Source of the DNA: the human T2T-CHM13v2.0 reference genome, Homo sapiens
Length of the DNA stretch: 64,000 bases
Strand: one strand, 5' to 3'
Assembly (NCBI RefSeq): GCF_009914755.1
Contig: NC_060929.1
Of the stretch, positions 27,441 through 45,014 are shown piece by piece. The notes beneath the pieces are model-generated. The model made no database searches. It had not been told where the DNA came from and saw only the letters and a program-made list of their open reading frames with translations. The position numbers were made by a program, and so were the translations under genes. Position 1 is the stretch's first letter. The number at the start of each line of letters is the position of its first letter.

Positions 27441-29809
27441 CTTGGTTCATATTAGCATCATTATTTAAATCTTGCCAACTATGTCTTACTGTTTATGAAC
27501 TAATTTTAGGTCTTTGCAGGAACATGGTACACACATCTATAAAACCATCCAGGCTGCCCCTCCCCTTCTTCTGTTATTCCAGCTCAGGCACTGCTGCTTT
27601 ATTGACATAATTGTTCTCTCTGCTTCTGCCAAAGTGTAGCTCTGGGCCCCCACTGCCACAGTGATAATTGGGTTGAGTATTTGCTGATGTTTCCACTTTC
27701 ACAGCCAGCTCATCCAGGAATCTACAGCCATAATTCTCAACAGCACTTCAGAAGTGTTGCTTTAAGAAAAGCTATGTCACCTTCACTGACCACTGACCCC
27801 TGTCTCCTCAAGTCACCACAACCAAAGCTCAGCATTTTATGAAAGATTGGTACTGACTTCACCACCACTGTTTCTCATAAAATGCAAATCTCTGCCCCTT
27901 TATCTGGACACAAGAACTCTTGAAAACTGAGAGCAGTTCCCTTCTTCCATATTGCACTCTGTGTGAAAGCAATCTGACCACAGAGTTTAGAATCGAAAAT
28001 GTTACAGAGTTCCAATGGGTATATGACCCATTTTCTCCTTGTGCATTTTCTCCCTGGCTGAACTGAGGTGAAGTAACAGCTGCATGCTCTCTAGCCAGAA
28101 TCAACACACCTCTCCAGACTTGAAGTCTTGTTGCTAAGACTCTCTCCTCGGGGTAAACTTCTTTCCCTTTAGGATGACTTGTCCTTCTATTTTCATCCTG
28201 AAGTCTGGTTTTTATTATCTTTGTAACTCCCACCACAGCTGGTCAGTCATGTCTGTTCTTCTCTGAGTCTTGCTTCAAAATCCCTTGCCCATGAGCTTCT
28301 TAGTACCCCCTCATGAAAAATCAATGCATTCACATAGATATTTGCCTGAGGGGGAGGAAAAGGGTATGTTATTCCTCACATTAGACCAAACCAACCAAAT
28401 CTCAGATCCAGCCTAACTCAGGTTCCATTAAAATACATAACACCTAATTCTGGAATTTTAACTGAAGCTTCTGCAGATTTAGAATTCTTCTTTTCTCTAG
28501 CTAAGACAAAGAGAGAAAACAAAGGAGATGGAGACTCCTTTATTCCCCCCAGAAGAAGATTCCACAACATGGCTGTGCTGCATCTGACAGTTGCGCCTTA
28601 CTTTTGAGAATGCAGTATACTCTTATAAAAGGATTGAGTGGTCCACTTGTCAGAGTCACAGGCTAGGTGAGTCATGCATACTCAGAGAAAGAAGCATTTG
28701 CAGCCAGGTCTTCCAAAGTGACACCTGGGAAAGAGAAATAATCTGTCCTGTCTTGAGCAATTAGGAATCAGACAAATAACACTCAAAGACTGAGGCTTCC
28801 TACGGGAATTCTAAGTATCAACAGACAGTCTGCAAAATTATTGTTTGGCAGGTGGTTTTCTAATTATCATATATATTATTTGGGGAGTGGGATGTTGGAG
28901 AATATAAATAACATCATCTTTGTTTCATGCCTTACATAATACAGTATTCGTGGAGGGAAGCTACAAGTACTAACGAAAGAAATTGGGTGGGAGACTCATG
29001 CAAGAGTGTGCTCATGATGGGATTCACATATATTACACCATCTACTGGTATTACTCCCTTCCATTCCATTGACATACTTACCAGTCTTGTTTCACCCAGG
29101 AAGATTTTGTGTATCAACCAATTGTATACTTTAAGGACAGGCTAGGGACTAGGGTGCCATGGAAATTCTGATGTGACTCAGGAAGCATTAAAAATGGGGA
29201 ATTCTTATTCAGAAGGACAATCCTTTTGTACATGAAGTTCAGTAGCCTATTAGCCTTTGGGATTGGGGTAACCCAAGCTCAAGTTAACTACATTTAGTTA
29301 TCAATAATGAAAAAACAAGATAACCCCCAGTATCTACTCTAATTTTACCATCCAAGGCACAGGTGCCACCACACTTATAATCCATGCCACATCAACCAGG
29401 ACCTTGCTAATAGCTGCCCTATGCACAGAATGTTTCAGAGTTAGTATGTTCCTTTGGAAGATATTTCATAAATAATCTGAAGGGGATTATATTGAAGTTC
29501 ATATAAAATAATAAAATTATATAGGGAGTCTGAAGTAGAGATGACCAAAAACAAAAAAAATCCATCACATATTCACTGACTGGGCTAACCAAGACATAAG
29601 GGAATAGGAGGCCTATATGGAGTAATTTCTAGAGTCTCCCACAGCTGTCACATTGCCTGAAACTCCAGGATCCACACATATTCATAAAGGACTTTATGTT
29701 TTCGCTATGATGAAGAATTCTGTTCCCTCAATGGGGCTAATTCATTGAAGGGATAATGTGATACATCATTAAGCCATTTGTAGCAAGATGAAAAATCCAG
29801 AGCATAAAG

Positions 29810-31850
29810 ATACATATGACAAAATAGCATCCAAAAGAATAAAATACTTAGATACAAACCTAACTCAGAACACGAAAGTGTGTACACTGAAAACTATAAA
29901 ACAATGCTGAAAGAAAGTAAAGAAGACTCAAGTAAATGGAAAGACATCCCATACTCATGGATTGTAAAACTTAGTATTGTTAGCACGTCCATACTACCCA
30001 AAGCAATCTACAGATTCAACCCAACCCCTACCAAAATCTCAACAGTATTTTTTGCAGATATAGAAAAATTCCTCCTAAAATTCATATGAAATTTTCGGGA
30101 ACCCCAAATAACCAAAACAATTGGGAAAAGGAAGAACAAAGTTGGTGGACATATAATTCATAATTTCAAAATTACAACATTTAAAACTGTTGTACTGGCA
30201 TAAAGACAGACAAGTAGACCAAAAGAATAAAATAGGGAGCCCAGAAATAAACCCTCATGTACACAATCAAGTGATATTTGATGAAAATAACAAGATTACT
30301 CAGTGGAAAAAAAGATGGATTTTCTACAGAGAGTGTTGGTAAAACTGGATATCCACATGCAAAAGAATGAAGTTGAACCCTTACCTTATAGTCCATACAA
30401 AATTTAACTCAAAAAGATTAAAGACCTAAAATTATACTAGAAGAAAATATAGAGGAAAAGTCTCATAACATTGTACTTGACAATGATTTCCTGAATATGA
30501 TACCAAAAGCATAGGCTACAAAAGCAAAAATAAACCAATAAGACTACATCAAACTTTAAAGCTTTTGAGCATCAAAGAACACAATCAACAGAGTGAAAGT
30601 GCAATCTATGAAATAGGAGAAAATATTTGCAAATCATGTATCTGATAGAAGTTAATATCCAAAATACATAAAGATTTCCTATAACTCAAGAATGAAAAAA
30701 TCAAATAACCCAATTTTTAACATGGGCAAAGAATCTGAATAGACATTTCTCCAAATATGATTGAGATACAAATGGCCAACAAGCATATAAAAAGATGCTC
30801 AACATAACTAATCATGAGAGGAATGCAAATGAAAACCATAATGATATATCACCTCATACCCATTAGAATGCCTACTATCAAAAATCAGAAAATGACAGTG
30901 TTAGAGAGGATGCAGAGAAACTGGAAACTTAGTTGCACAGTGGGTGGGATTGTAAAATGGTGTAATTGCTACGGAAAACAGTATGGTTCCTCAAAAAATT
31001 AAAAATAGAATTACCATATGATCCAGGAATTCCACTTCTGGGTATATAGTCAAAAGAATTGAAAGCAGGATCTCAGAGAGTTACAGTCATGTGTCTCTTA
31101 ATGATAGGGATACTTCTGAGAAATGCATTATTAGGTGATTCTGTCATTGAGTGAACGTCATAGAATATACTATACTTACACAAACCCAGATGATATAGCC
31201 TACTACACAACTAGACTTTAAGGTATAGCCTACTGCTCCTAGGCTACAAACCTAGGCTATGGCATGTTACTATACTAAATACTATAGGCAATTGTAACAC
31301 AATGGTAAGTATTTGTGTATCTAAACATATCTAAACACAGAAAAGATAAAATAAAAATACCGTATTATGGAACCACACACACCCACGTTTGTAACATCAC
31401 TATTCACAATAGGCAAAGAGGTGTGAGTAATCCAAAGGTCTATCAACAGATGAATGAATAAACAAAATGTGGTATATACATGTAGTGGAGTATTATTCAG
31501 CCGTAAAAAAGGCAAAAATTTTGTCACAAGGTAAAACATGGGTTAATCTTGAAGGTATCCATGTTGCTAAGTAATTATCATTTGCTAAGTGAAATAAGCC
31601 AGTCACTAAAATGCAAATACTGTATAATTCTACTATTATGAGGCATCTAAAGTAGTCAAATTCATAGAAACAGAAAAAAGAATGGTGGTTACCAGGGTTT
31701 TAGGGGAGAAGAAAAGGAGGAGTCGTTTAATTAATATAGAGTTTCAGATTTGCAAGATAAAAAAGTGCTGGAGATCTGTTTCACAACAGTATGAATATAT
31801 TTTACATTACTGAACTATACACTTCAAAATGGTTAAGATGTCAAAAAATG
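29810..31850 (+). mobile_element. L1MB1/2-like 3' portion (interrupted by Tigger3)
   Basis: ORF2 fragments (YTENYKTMLKE..KWKDIPYSWI) and an L1MB-type 3'UTR (agtagtcaaattcatagaaacag...gagtttcagatttgcaagat). Confidence 0.85.
31084..31376 (+). mobile_element. Tigger3a/MER7-like MITE (3' end lost)
   Basis: TA + cagtcatgtgtc...ttctgagaaatgcattattaggtgatt...gcctactacac...ctcctaggctacaaacct. Confidence 0.8.
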
Positions 31851-32129
31851 CAATTAATTAATTAAATAAATATGACGTACACCCTAAAAGAATAAAAAGA
31901 GATAAATAGAATGTTCCCTGAACAAGCCTTGATCAGTAGAGCTCCACAATGAGGTGCTATGTGCCTGAAGGTTAGAAAGGGCTGGAGTGCCCCAAAATGA
32001 TTTGCTGTGTGTAAGTGCTAAAGAACCCTTGTCAGTTTTATGGTTTTGCCTCAGGCCAGCCCTTAGCCTGGTTTTGCTGCTTTTGGGAAAAGCCAGTACA
32101 ATTCTGAGAGGGGGCATTTATACATTCAC

Positions 32130-32245
32130 AGTTTATTCATCCATTCAGCAAACATTTCCTGAGGCTCAACTGTATGCTAGCCATTGTGTGAGGCCCTGGG
32201 GATACACAAAGAAGGAAAAGTCCAGACTTTAAGGAGCCCTCATAT
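32130..32245 (-). mobile_element. L2 3' end
   Basis: ttattcatccattcagcaaacatttcctgagg...gccctggggataca. Confidence 0.7.
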
Positions 32246-32446
32246 CAAAGCCTCCTTGAGAGATGCCAGAGCTGCATTCCCAGATGAGAGATATAAGATT
32301 GGTCACCTGAACAATTGATGGACATTAAAAGCAGCACCACAAAACTAAAGTGACAGAAACCTAGAAATCTATTAGTTCAGTCCTTCCCTGCTGTCTTCCC
32401 CACTCATCCAATCCCAAGTCAAAATAAGCAAAAGTTGCTATATCTA

Positions 32447-35122
<2,676 letters not shown>

Positions 35123-35685
35123 TATAAACTCCTCAATAAGCATAAAAGTTCATGAACAATAAATACCCATTGAAATAGAGGACCACGGAAGGTGGCTTCA
35201 GATTTATAAACAGCTGCTTCACTAACCAGCTTCCTATAAAGCTACTACAATTGAGACAAATAGACCTGCTCGAAGTTCTTGCCGTGGAAGCAGGTGCTCT
35301 GCCTGCATCCTAGTGTTTGCTTTGCAGTTTGTCTCTGTACAGATGCCCCCACCCACCTCACAAGCCATTTTCCATCAGTACATCAATACCCTTAAGAGTG
35401 ACAAAAACCTGTAACTGGTAGATTGAGAGGATCAGCTAGCTCTATGAGGTAAAATTACTAGAAACCACTGTTTAAAAAGCAGTGTCGAATCAACTTTGCT
35501 GATGACTAACCAGGCAATGTGCAAATCACTAAAAATTTCTGGATCACACTTGCCTCTTCTATAAAATGAGAACTTGTATTCATTGATCTCTGCCATTCTT
35601 AGATTCTATGTAAAGTCCTAAAAAAATGATCCAGGGAAATACCTGGCTAAAACAGTGATTTCAAAGGTTATGTCTGCCTCTAAAG

Positions 35686-35863
35686 CAGTGGTTCTTAAAA
35701 TGTGGCCCATGCACCTGCAACATCAGCATCAGCTAGGAGCTTGCTAAAAATACATTCACCCTAGACTCATGAATCAGAGTTGCTGGAGATGGGAGCCAAG
35801 GAATCCACGTTTCAACAAGCCTTCTAGGTGATTCTCATGCACATAGAAGTCTGAAAAGCATCG
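35686..35863 (+). mobile_element. MER5A (hAT-Charlie MITE)
   Basis: cagtggttcttaaa...catcagcatc...ctaggtgattctcatgcaca; 8-bp TSD ctctaaag at 35678-35685 and 35864-35871. Confidence 0.88.
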
Positions 35864-37234
35864 CTCTAAAGCATCATGGTATCATAATTTAAAACATCTG
35901 CTTGGGCTTTAAATTCCGTGAGTTGCTCTATTGTGAATATACAATGTATTTTCTCTCTAAAGGACCCCAGATAGAATTGAAAACTTCCACCTTTTTATTT
36001 ATGATACTATTTCATGTGCATACATCTGTCATAGAATTTGCCTTATTTTGAAGAACATGCTATTGTCTGTCTCCAGTATAGAGGGAAAGGACTAAATCTT
36101 TTTCAACTTTGTGGCTGTAGGATTTAGGATAGTGCCTGTGGGTCCTTTGTTGAGAATGGATACACGGATGGATGAATGGGTAGATGGCAGATAGATACAT
36201 GCATGGATGACAAAGTGTTTAAAAATCCAGAAAGCCTCGTTTGAGTAAAAGGAAGAGTTAATATCAGGCAGCAAGAAACTGTAAATTTTGGCTTCAGCAG
36301 TATAAATATTGCTGTATTGGGGCCTAAATAGATTTTCTATTTATTCCTGCTATTCCTGTACTTGGGCCTAAATAAATTTTTTCCAGCTAAAAATTATACT
36401 GGTGAGAGTACTGATCCTGAGTAAACAACTGAGATCTGCTCCTGAATCACCCAGGCCCCTTTGGAACAGCCTGGAGGCATCACATTGACTTCCAGTTCTC
36501 TCATGTGAATGAGGCAGATAACACCACCTGTCGTGTTCCTGTCTCACAGGGACACTGAGCATATTAACTAATAATGACTATGAATTTCTTTTGAGGTTCT
36601 ATGAGAAGATTGCTATATATATAGGAAATGTTAATTAAAAGATCAAACATTTGACAGTATTTTAAACAAACTTAATCAGTTTTGCCAAGGTGAGGCAGGA
36701 AGAAAATGAACTGGCTGTCTTCTCCTTAAATAGAAATCAAAAATCATCCACATTCTGTGTCTGCTTGTTCTGTGAAAGACTGTGTGTGCAGCTCATAGGA
36801 ATCTTCCCTTTCAAATGTGAAAGGAAATGCAACACTGAAAACCCAGGAGGGATAGGAGATGAGGAGTTAAATCATACAACTAAATTATCAGAATGAGATG
36901 TTTTTTTCTGGCATGATATGGTCGGGAAGAAAAATAAAGTCTAATGTTCCCATCTATATTTTTATGACCATTTTCAAAGACAACAACATAAAATCAACCT
37001 ATGCTTATCTGTGATTCAGCTTCTTCACCTTTAAAACTAGCCAAACTAAGCTCATCTCCCAAAGATGTTGAGAAGATAATATGACGTGGCATAGAGGATT
37101 GTTTTGGTGGCAAAGGAGGCTTTTTGCCAAATGATAACTTTGGTTTTTATGTTGCACTTGTTGATATTTTGCTGTCATGGAAAACTCCTCAGCATGAACG
37201 CTTGAACCTTCAACATATAGAACATATATATTAC

Positions 37235-37435
37235 AGTTTACCGATGGCTCTTAAAAACATATTCTTAATTAGTCTACCCAATAATGCTTTCAAGTAGACA
37301 TAATAATTCCTATTTTAAGTATAAGAAGAGTAAATGTCAGAGAAGTTTAGTGAAGAGCTCAAGGTCATTGTTATTAAGTGGCAGAATTAAAAGTTCCCCC
37401 AGGACTTCTGACTTAGCTTCCAAGTCAGCTGCTCA
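37235..37435 (-). mobile_element. MIR
   Basis: cctattttaag...tcagagaagtttagtga...tcaaggtca...taagtggcaga. Confidence 0.6.
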
Positions 37436-37499
37436 CCCTACTGGTGTAAGGGATATTAGGAAGGGAGGAAAGGAGAGAGAAAGAGTCTAGGGATGTTAG

Positions 37500-37814
<315 letters not shown>

Positions 37815-37834
37815 ATAAGTATGCTTTAACAAAT

Positions 37835-40110
37835 AAAAAAAAATCAATTAGTGTAATTTACTATATTAGTAGACTAAAAATCAAACAAACATATGACCAT
37901 CCCAATATATGTAAAAAAGCACTTGACAAAAATCCAACAGCCATTGCTGATAAAAAATGTTCAGCATACTAGCAATGGAAGCAAACTTCTGCAGCCTGAT
38001 AAGGAACATTCACAAAAAAATCTACATCCAACATCATACCTAACGGCAAAGACTCAATGCCTTTCTTCTAATATCAGGAACAAGGCAGGGATGTCTATTG
38101 TCATATTCAACATTGTACTAGCTGTCCTAACCTGAGTTCAACTAGGCAATAAAAATAAATAGGCACCCAGATTGTGGGAAAAGGTAAAACTGTCTTTATT
38201 TACAGTTTTTATTCACATAAGACATAATCATCTATGTAGAAAATCCTGTGGAATTTTAAAAGAGATACTGAAAGTAATCAGTGAGTTTGTCAAGTCTCAT
38301 AATACATAAAAGTCAACTGTATTTCTACTTACTAGCAAAAAAGAACTTGAAGTTGAAATAAAAAACAATATTTTTATAATGACATTAAAAATAGAAAATA
38401 CTTAGAGATATATCTGACAAAAGTTGTGCAATCCTTACACTGAAAACTATAAAACATTGCTGACACATGTTTTAAAAAGCTTTTAAAAAGGGAGAGATCT
38501 ACCATTTTCATGGACCAGAAGAATGAGTATTCTAACGATGCTAGTTCTCCTTAAGATGATCAATAAATCCAATACAATTGCAATAAAAATCCTTATAGGC
38601 TTTTTGTAGAAATTAATACACTGATTCTAAAATCCATATAGTAATGCAAATAATGTACCAAAGCTACAACAACTTTGAAAAGAAAAGGAGGAAACTTGGA
38701 GGACTTAACCTGATTTCAAGACTTATTATAAACATATAGTAATCAAGACAGTATGGTATTGTTATTAAAATGGACAAATACATAAATGGAACATAATAAA
38801 GTGTTCAGAAATAGACACATTTATTATCAATTGATTTTTGGAAAATGTGCAAAAGTAATAGAAAGAAAAAAATAGTTTCTTCAATGAATGGTGCTACACA
38901 ACTGGATATAGGGAGGTAAACCTATTAACAATCAAGAACTTGGTTCTGTATTTATATCATATGCAACTATTAACTCAAAAGAGTTCGTAGACAAAATGTA
39001 AAATCTGAATCTATAAAACTACTAAAAAATGGGAGGAAATCATTGTGAACTTGAGCTAGACAAATATTGACTAAATACAACACTGAAAGCATTAGCTGGA
39101 ATGGAAAACAATTGATATCAAACTTCATCAAGATTAAGAACTTAGGTGTATTAAAAATACTTTTAAGAGAGTAAAAAGACAAACAACACATTGAAAAAAT
39201 ATTTGCAAGTCGCATATCTAGGAGCTTTGCATATAGAATATACAAATCATTCTCAAAAATACAATAATAAGAAAACAAATTACCCAATTTTAAAAAGGGG
39301 GGCAAAGGTTTTGAACCAGCCTATCACCAAAGATATTTAAATAACAAATAACACATGAAAAGATATTCAATGTCGTTAGTCATTAGGGAAGTGCAAATTT
39401 AAACTACAATGAGATACTGCTACATGCATTTTAAAAAGTCAAAAATTTTAAAAGACTGACATCATCAAGATTTGGTGAAGATATGGAGCAATTTGAAATC
39501 TCATATACTATCAATATGAATGTAAAATGGTACCACCATTTTGGAAAAATTTTGGAAGTTTCTTAAAAAGATTAATATGCCTATTACATTACCCAGCTAT
39601 TTCACTTCTAGGTATGCAGTAGTAGTGAATGAAATAATGTGTGCGTACAAAGACCTGTCAACAAATGTTCATAGCAGCTTTATTTGTTAGAATCAAAAAC
39701 TAGAAACAACCCAAAATGTACATCAACCAGTAAGTGGGAAAACAGTTGTGGTATATACATGTTATAGAATATTTAGCAATAAAAGGGAAAGGAACTATTG
39801 ATGCAAGTGGATGATTGATACAACATGGATTAATCTCAAAAACATTACTCTGAGTTAAAGAAGCCAGATAAAAAAGAGTACATATAAAAGTCTAGAAAAT
39901 ACAAAACTATTCTATACTAACAGAAAACAAATCCATGGTTGTGTAGGATGTCAAGGTGGCTAGAGGTGTTTATTATCTTGATTATGATGATGATTTCAAA
40001 AGCGTGTGTGTGTGTGTATTGTATATGTGTTTCAAAACTTATCAAATTGCACAATTTAAATATGTGAAGCTTATTGTATGCCAGTTATACCTCATAATCT
40101 ATTAAAATAA
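37835..40110 (+). mobile_element. Old L1 (L1MC/MD class) ORF2 and 3'UTR
   Basis: ttgacaaaaatccaacagcc...aggaacaaggcagggatgtc...tcaaaacttatcaaattgcacaatttaaatatgtg...cagttatacctc. Confidence 0.8.
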
Positions 40111-40367
40111 ATACAGACCATATGCGGTATGCAGTTACACCACTGACAGTTGTCAGACAGCTACTTTAAGGCAGAGTAATAAATGGCAGCATATACAACC
40201 ACTCTGGGTCACTTTCAATTTTTTGTGCACATGGTCTGGTTGCCTAAATAATTTGGTGGACAGAAATAGGTGATTTCCAGAGCTAACAAGATTTGCTAAT
40301 GAATGCTGTTGAAACAGACTTATACATTATTTAAGTTAGAGACTAACTGTGTCTGACTATAGGACAA

Positions 40368-41454
40368 TGTTGCAGGAAGTCAGGAACCACAAACGAAGGG
40401 ACCAGCTGAAGCCATGGCAGAAGAACATGGATTGTGAAGATTTCATGGACATTTATTAGTTCCCCAAATTAATACTTTTATAATTTCCTATGCCTGTCTT
40501 TATTGCAATCTCTACACACAAACTGCAAAGATTTCATGGACACTTATTACTTCCCCAATCAATACCCTTGTGATTTTATATGCCCATCTTTACTTTAATC
40601 TCTTAATCCTGTCAGCTGAGGAGGATGTATGTCACCTCAGGACCCTGTAATAATTGCATTAACTGCGCAAATTGTAGAGCATGTGTGTTTGAACAATATG
40701 AAATCTGGGCGCCTTGAAAAAAGAACAGGATAACAGCAATTGTTCAAGGAAAAAGAGAGATAACCTTAAACTCTGACCGCCAGTGAGCCGGGTGGAACAG
40801 AGCCATATTTCTCTTCTTTCAAAAGCAAATGGGAGAAATATCGCTGAATTCTTTTTCTCAGCAAGGAACATCCCTGAGAAAGAGAATATGCCCCTAAGGG
40901 TGGGACTATAAATGGCCCCCTTGGGTGTGGCCATCTTCTGTGGTTGAAACTGTAGGGGTGAAATAAACCCCAGTCTCCCATAGCACTCCCAGGCTTATTA
41001 GGAAGAGGAAATTCCCGCCTAATAAATTTTGGTCAGACTGGTTGCTCTCAAAACCCTGTCTCCTCATAAGATGTTACCAATGACAATGGTGCCCAAAACT
41101 TCATTAGCAATTTTAATTTCGCCCCAGTCCTGTGGTCCTGTGATCTCGCCCTGTCTCCATTTGCCTTGTGATATTCTATTACCTTGTGAAGTATATGATC
41201 TTTGTGACACACCCTATTTGTACACTCCCTCCCCTTTTGAAAGACTCCCTCCCCTTTTGAAAGTCCCTAATAAAAACTTGCTGGTTTTGTGGTTTGTGGG
41301 GTATCACGGAACTTATCGACATGTGATGTCTCCCCTGGACACCCAGCTTTAAAATTTCTCTCTTTTGTACTCTGCCCCTTTATTTCTCAAACCGGGCGAT
41401 GCTTAGGGAAAATAGAAAAGAACCTACGTGACTATCGGGGCAGGTTCCCCGATA
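40368..41454 (+). mobile_element. MER11 (HERV-K11/HML8) solo LTR, MER11A-like
   Basis: tgttgcaggaagtcagg...gaagatttcatggacatttattagttcccc...ggcaggttccccgata; 6-bp TSD ggacaa/tgacaa; AATAAA at ~41269. Confidence 0.9.
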
Positions 41455-41524
41455 TGACAAGATGAGAAAAGTCAGTCTACTTGTTCTGAATCCTATAAGA
41501 AATCCTTCAACATGTAGGAAGTAG

Positions 41525-41720
41525 CCACTGGATAATGGAAAGACCATAGGGATCTGAATCAGATCTGGACTTGAATCCCAGCTCTGCTACCTACTATCTC
41601 AGGAAAGATAATTGAACTCAATTCTTTTATTTCCATAGATTGAGGATAATAATTACACTTGCCTGGTAGCCATTTGATGATTAAATAAGATAGTATACAC
41701 TCAACATTCAATATTTCATT
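41525..41720 (+). mobile_element. MIR
   Basis: gaatcagatctggacttgaatcccagctctgctacctact...gatgattaaataagata. Confidence 0.7.
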
Positions 41721-43507
41721 TTTCTTCCCCTTCCCCATACACTCCAGTAAGATCCATCTTCTTCCTATTCTCTAGGCTAGCCAGGCTTGTTTCTGTCTCA
41801 TTTGCTCATGACCATGGGTTATTAATCCAGGGCACATGCACCTGAGTTTAATGGAGCACAATATGCAGATAACCAGATTTATGCATCAGCTAAATTGGGG
41901 AACAGTTATTCATGTTAGCAAATTGGTCCTCACATTACCAATAAATAGGTCACCAGTTTCCCCCAAGATATGCAAAATCTTCAGAGTATTTAAAGTGCCA
42001 CTTGACTTGCAAACTTTCATTTACATGTAAAAGTAAGTTTAATCAATTTCTAATTTTCCAGGAATTTCTCCATTTTTCAGCCAGAATAAAAGCAAATTTG
42101 TCCTTTCATCTGTTGGGGCAAACTAATAATTTGATATTCAAAGTGTCACTGAAAATAAACTCCACTGTGGGACTCATTTATGCTGTGAATGCTAAAAATC
42201 TGATCCAACAAAAGCAAATAGCTTCCTTTCACATTGAATTAAAATCAAAGAGAGACAAAGATACAGAAAGACAGAGGCACAAAGAGATGAAAACCTTATA
42301 GGTTGGAGAAGAAAGTCTGACTTAGTTTTTAAGAATTTCATTTTCATCTTGACTATTAACAAATATATTTTATTTCTGTAGGATTTCAATAGGAGGAGAA
42401 ACATGATACAATTTACCTTTTCTCTAAAGCTTTTCTTAAATTTAGTCTTAATAGAAATATCTGCCTTTATTTTGACTATGAAGCAATATTTGGATACGTA
42501 TTTTTGAGTCTTAAAAGTTTACTCAAATATAGTGATAAGATAGTGGCACAGTTTTTTGGCATTCTGCATTTAATTTGTTTTTTTTTTTTTGGCTTTTAAA
42601 TCCTGAAATTTAAAAAAGTACATAAAAGCTGTAAAGCTAAAAATGTATTCATATGTTACACAAGCACTGATAACCCATTAAATTTGAGCAACAAAGTCTA
42701 AAGTAGTGCTCTTAGAATACAGGCTGAGGAAGGACTCCCTGTATCAACATTATCCATGTTCCTATTATAATAAAAATGCCAATTTTTGGACTTTCTCCAG
42801 ATCTCTTGACAGTAGCTCCCACGAATTGAGGTGTTGTTGTTTTTTTTATTTTTTATTTTTTGTTTTTTTTGCTAGACACGTTACGTGACTTTCTACACTG
42901 GAAATTTGAAAACACATGGGCTTTAAATTGGAGCGGAGGCCAGCAAGTAGGTAGGAAAGAGAAAGAAAAGAATTGAAAGAAAAGTTCCTATCACTAGGCA
43001 AAATGAAAATCAGCATGAAGCCATGTGAAGGATCCTTTACCACAACCCTGAGAGATGCTATACTAAGCCCATTTTAAAGAGCTGTCAAGTGGGCTTTAAA
43101 AAGCCCTCCAGAGCCTGCTGAAAAATACAGTTCTTAAACACTGTGCTGTTGCATTACTGTCTCTGCCCAGCAGGTGTATGTTGTCTAGTGTCCTTCTGTA
43201 GAAGCAGGATGCCTGCTAGAGCAGTCCATGGTACTGGGGAGAATGAGCAGCATTATTCGATAAGCCTAGGGCATCTTTTTATCCAGAGCTCCCTGAACGA
43301 AATGGCCAGGGCTGGGAAAAAAGACAGCAATACTGGACATTAACGGGAAGCCATGCAAGGATTAGTTTGGATGGAGAATTGCTAGAAAAGACCATACTCC
43401 ATAAGAAAGCCAGGTTCCCATGACCTAGGATGCCTGCTTTTTCTTACTCATTCATGAGTGAGCCTTTGTTCATAACTATGAATATCACTGCAGGCGACCC
43501 TGTATGA

Positions 43508-43996
<489 letters not shown>

Positions 43997-44439
43997 TGAG
44001 AGCGGCTTCCTGCTCAGTTGATGAATAGTCAGGCAAGGCTGAAGCAGTAGCCCCCGCCCACAGACCACGGTTTCCAGACTGATAAACGCAAATTCTCTTG
44101 TAACTCATTTCTCTTCTTCCTGTTTGAAAGAGTGAAGATATAATGTAGGCACATCTTTTGTTGTTGTTGTTGTTTAAGGCTGTTTTCACGCTTGGTGCTT
44201 GTTGTGTGTAGGCAGGACTAATAACTGTGAGCTTGTTTTGAGAGGGATCTCCTTGTAAAGGTTGAGGAGGAAAAAACAACTCAAATAACCCCAGAATATG
44301 TGAGGAGATTATGATGTGGATGAGTTCCATAGATTAAGGTCTCCTCTCCTGGAAACTAGGAAACTTATTGAAATTACAAAGGTCAAAATCCAGAGACATT
44401 ATCTTTTGCAGAGGTCTTTCGCCTTTCCTGATTTAATAT

Positions 44440-44453
44440 CTGCCACCTAGTGA
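44440..44453 (-). promoter_or_regulatory. Candidate CTCF core motif
   Basis: ctgccacctagtga (reverse: tcactaggtggcag) vs the CTCF core CCACYAGRKGGCRS; motif match only. Confidence 0.35.
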
Positions 44454-45014
44454 GAGGTTGAGGAACAGGCATCGCAGAAATTGAACATTCACGGCTATTT
44501 TCAGGCTACAATGGCTCCCTAAGGCTGAGAGTAAAAAGGAAATTGTCGAAAAGAGATATGGCAGCAACATGGGAGAAACAGCTCTTGAAGCTTTCTGAAG
44601 GCCTTAAACCCCACTTCCAATTCCCCTTCTGAACAAGTACAAACCGTCCTAGGCCCCCATCTCCTCTACCTCCTTTATTCTTCCTTCTCCCCTTCCTCTT
44701 TCTTTTCCTTTTTCTATTCCTACCACAAAGCCCAAGTGGCAGATGATCATTTTCAGGCCCTAGCACAATAGACAGACACTTAGTCCCTTTCCTCACACTC
44801 TCCACCCTGACGCCTCAAATGCAGTGGCTTTTTTCATGAGCTTCTGCACATCTGAAGGAAGAGTATCAATCAGGACCGAGGCCATAGATAACGTATTAGT
44901 AACGTTCTTCTTGTACAATATTCAGAAAATGTCTTCATCTAGGACTCAAGGCAGAAATATATAAATATGATTAAAAGGAGGTTAACCCATCTTAATGGAA
45001 ACCAGATTAATTGC

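Noticed and set aside
42874-42890. Quasi-palindrome gacacgttacgtgac (bZIP-like site with two CpGs)
   Set aside because: Single short motif; function cannot be supported from sequence alone
44506-44805. Basic RNRKRKRKRKGRRKNK ORF
   Set aside because: Translation of a polypurine/polypyrimidine low-complexity tract
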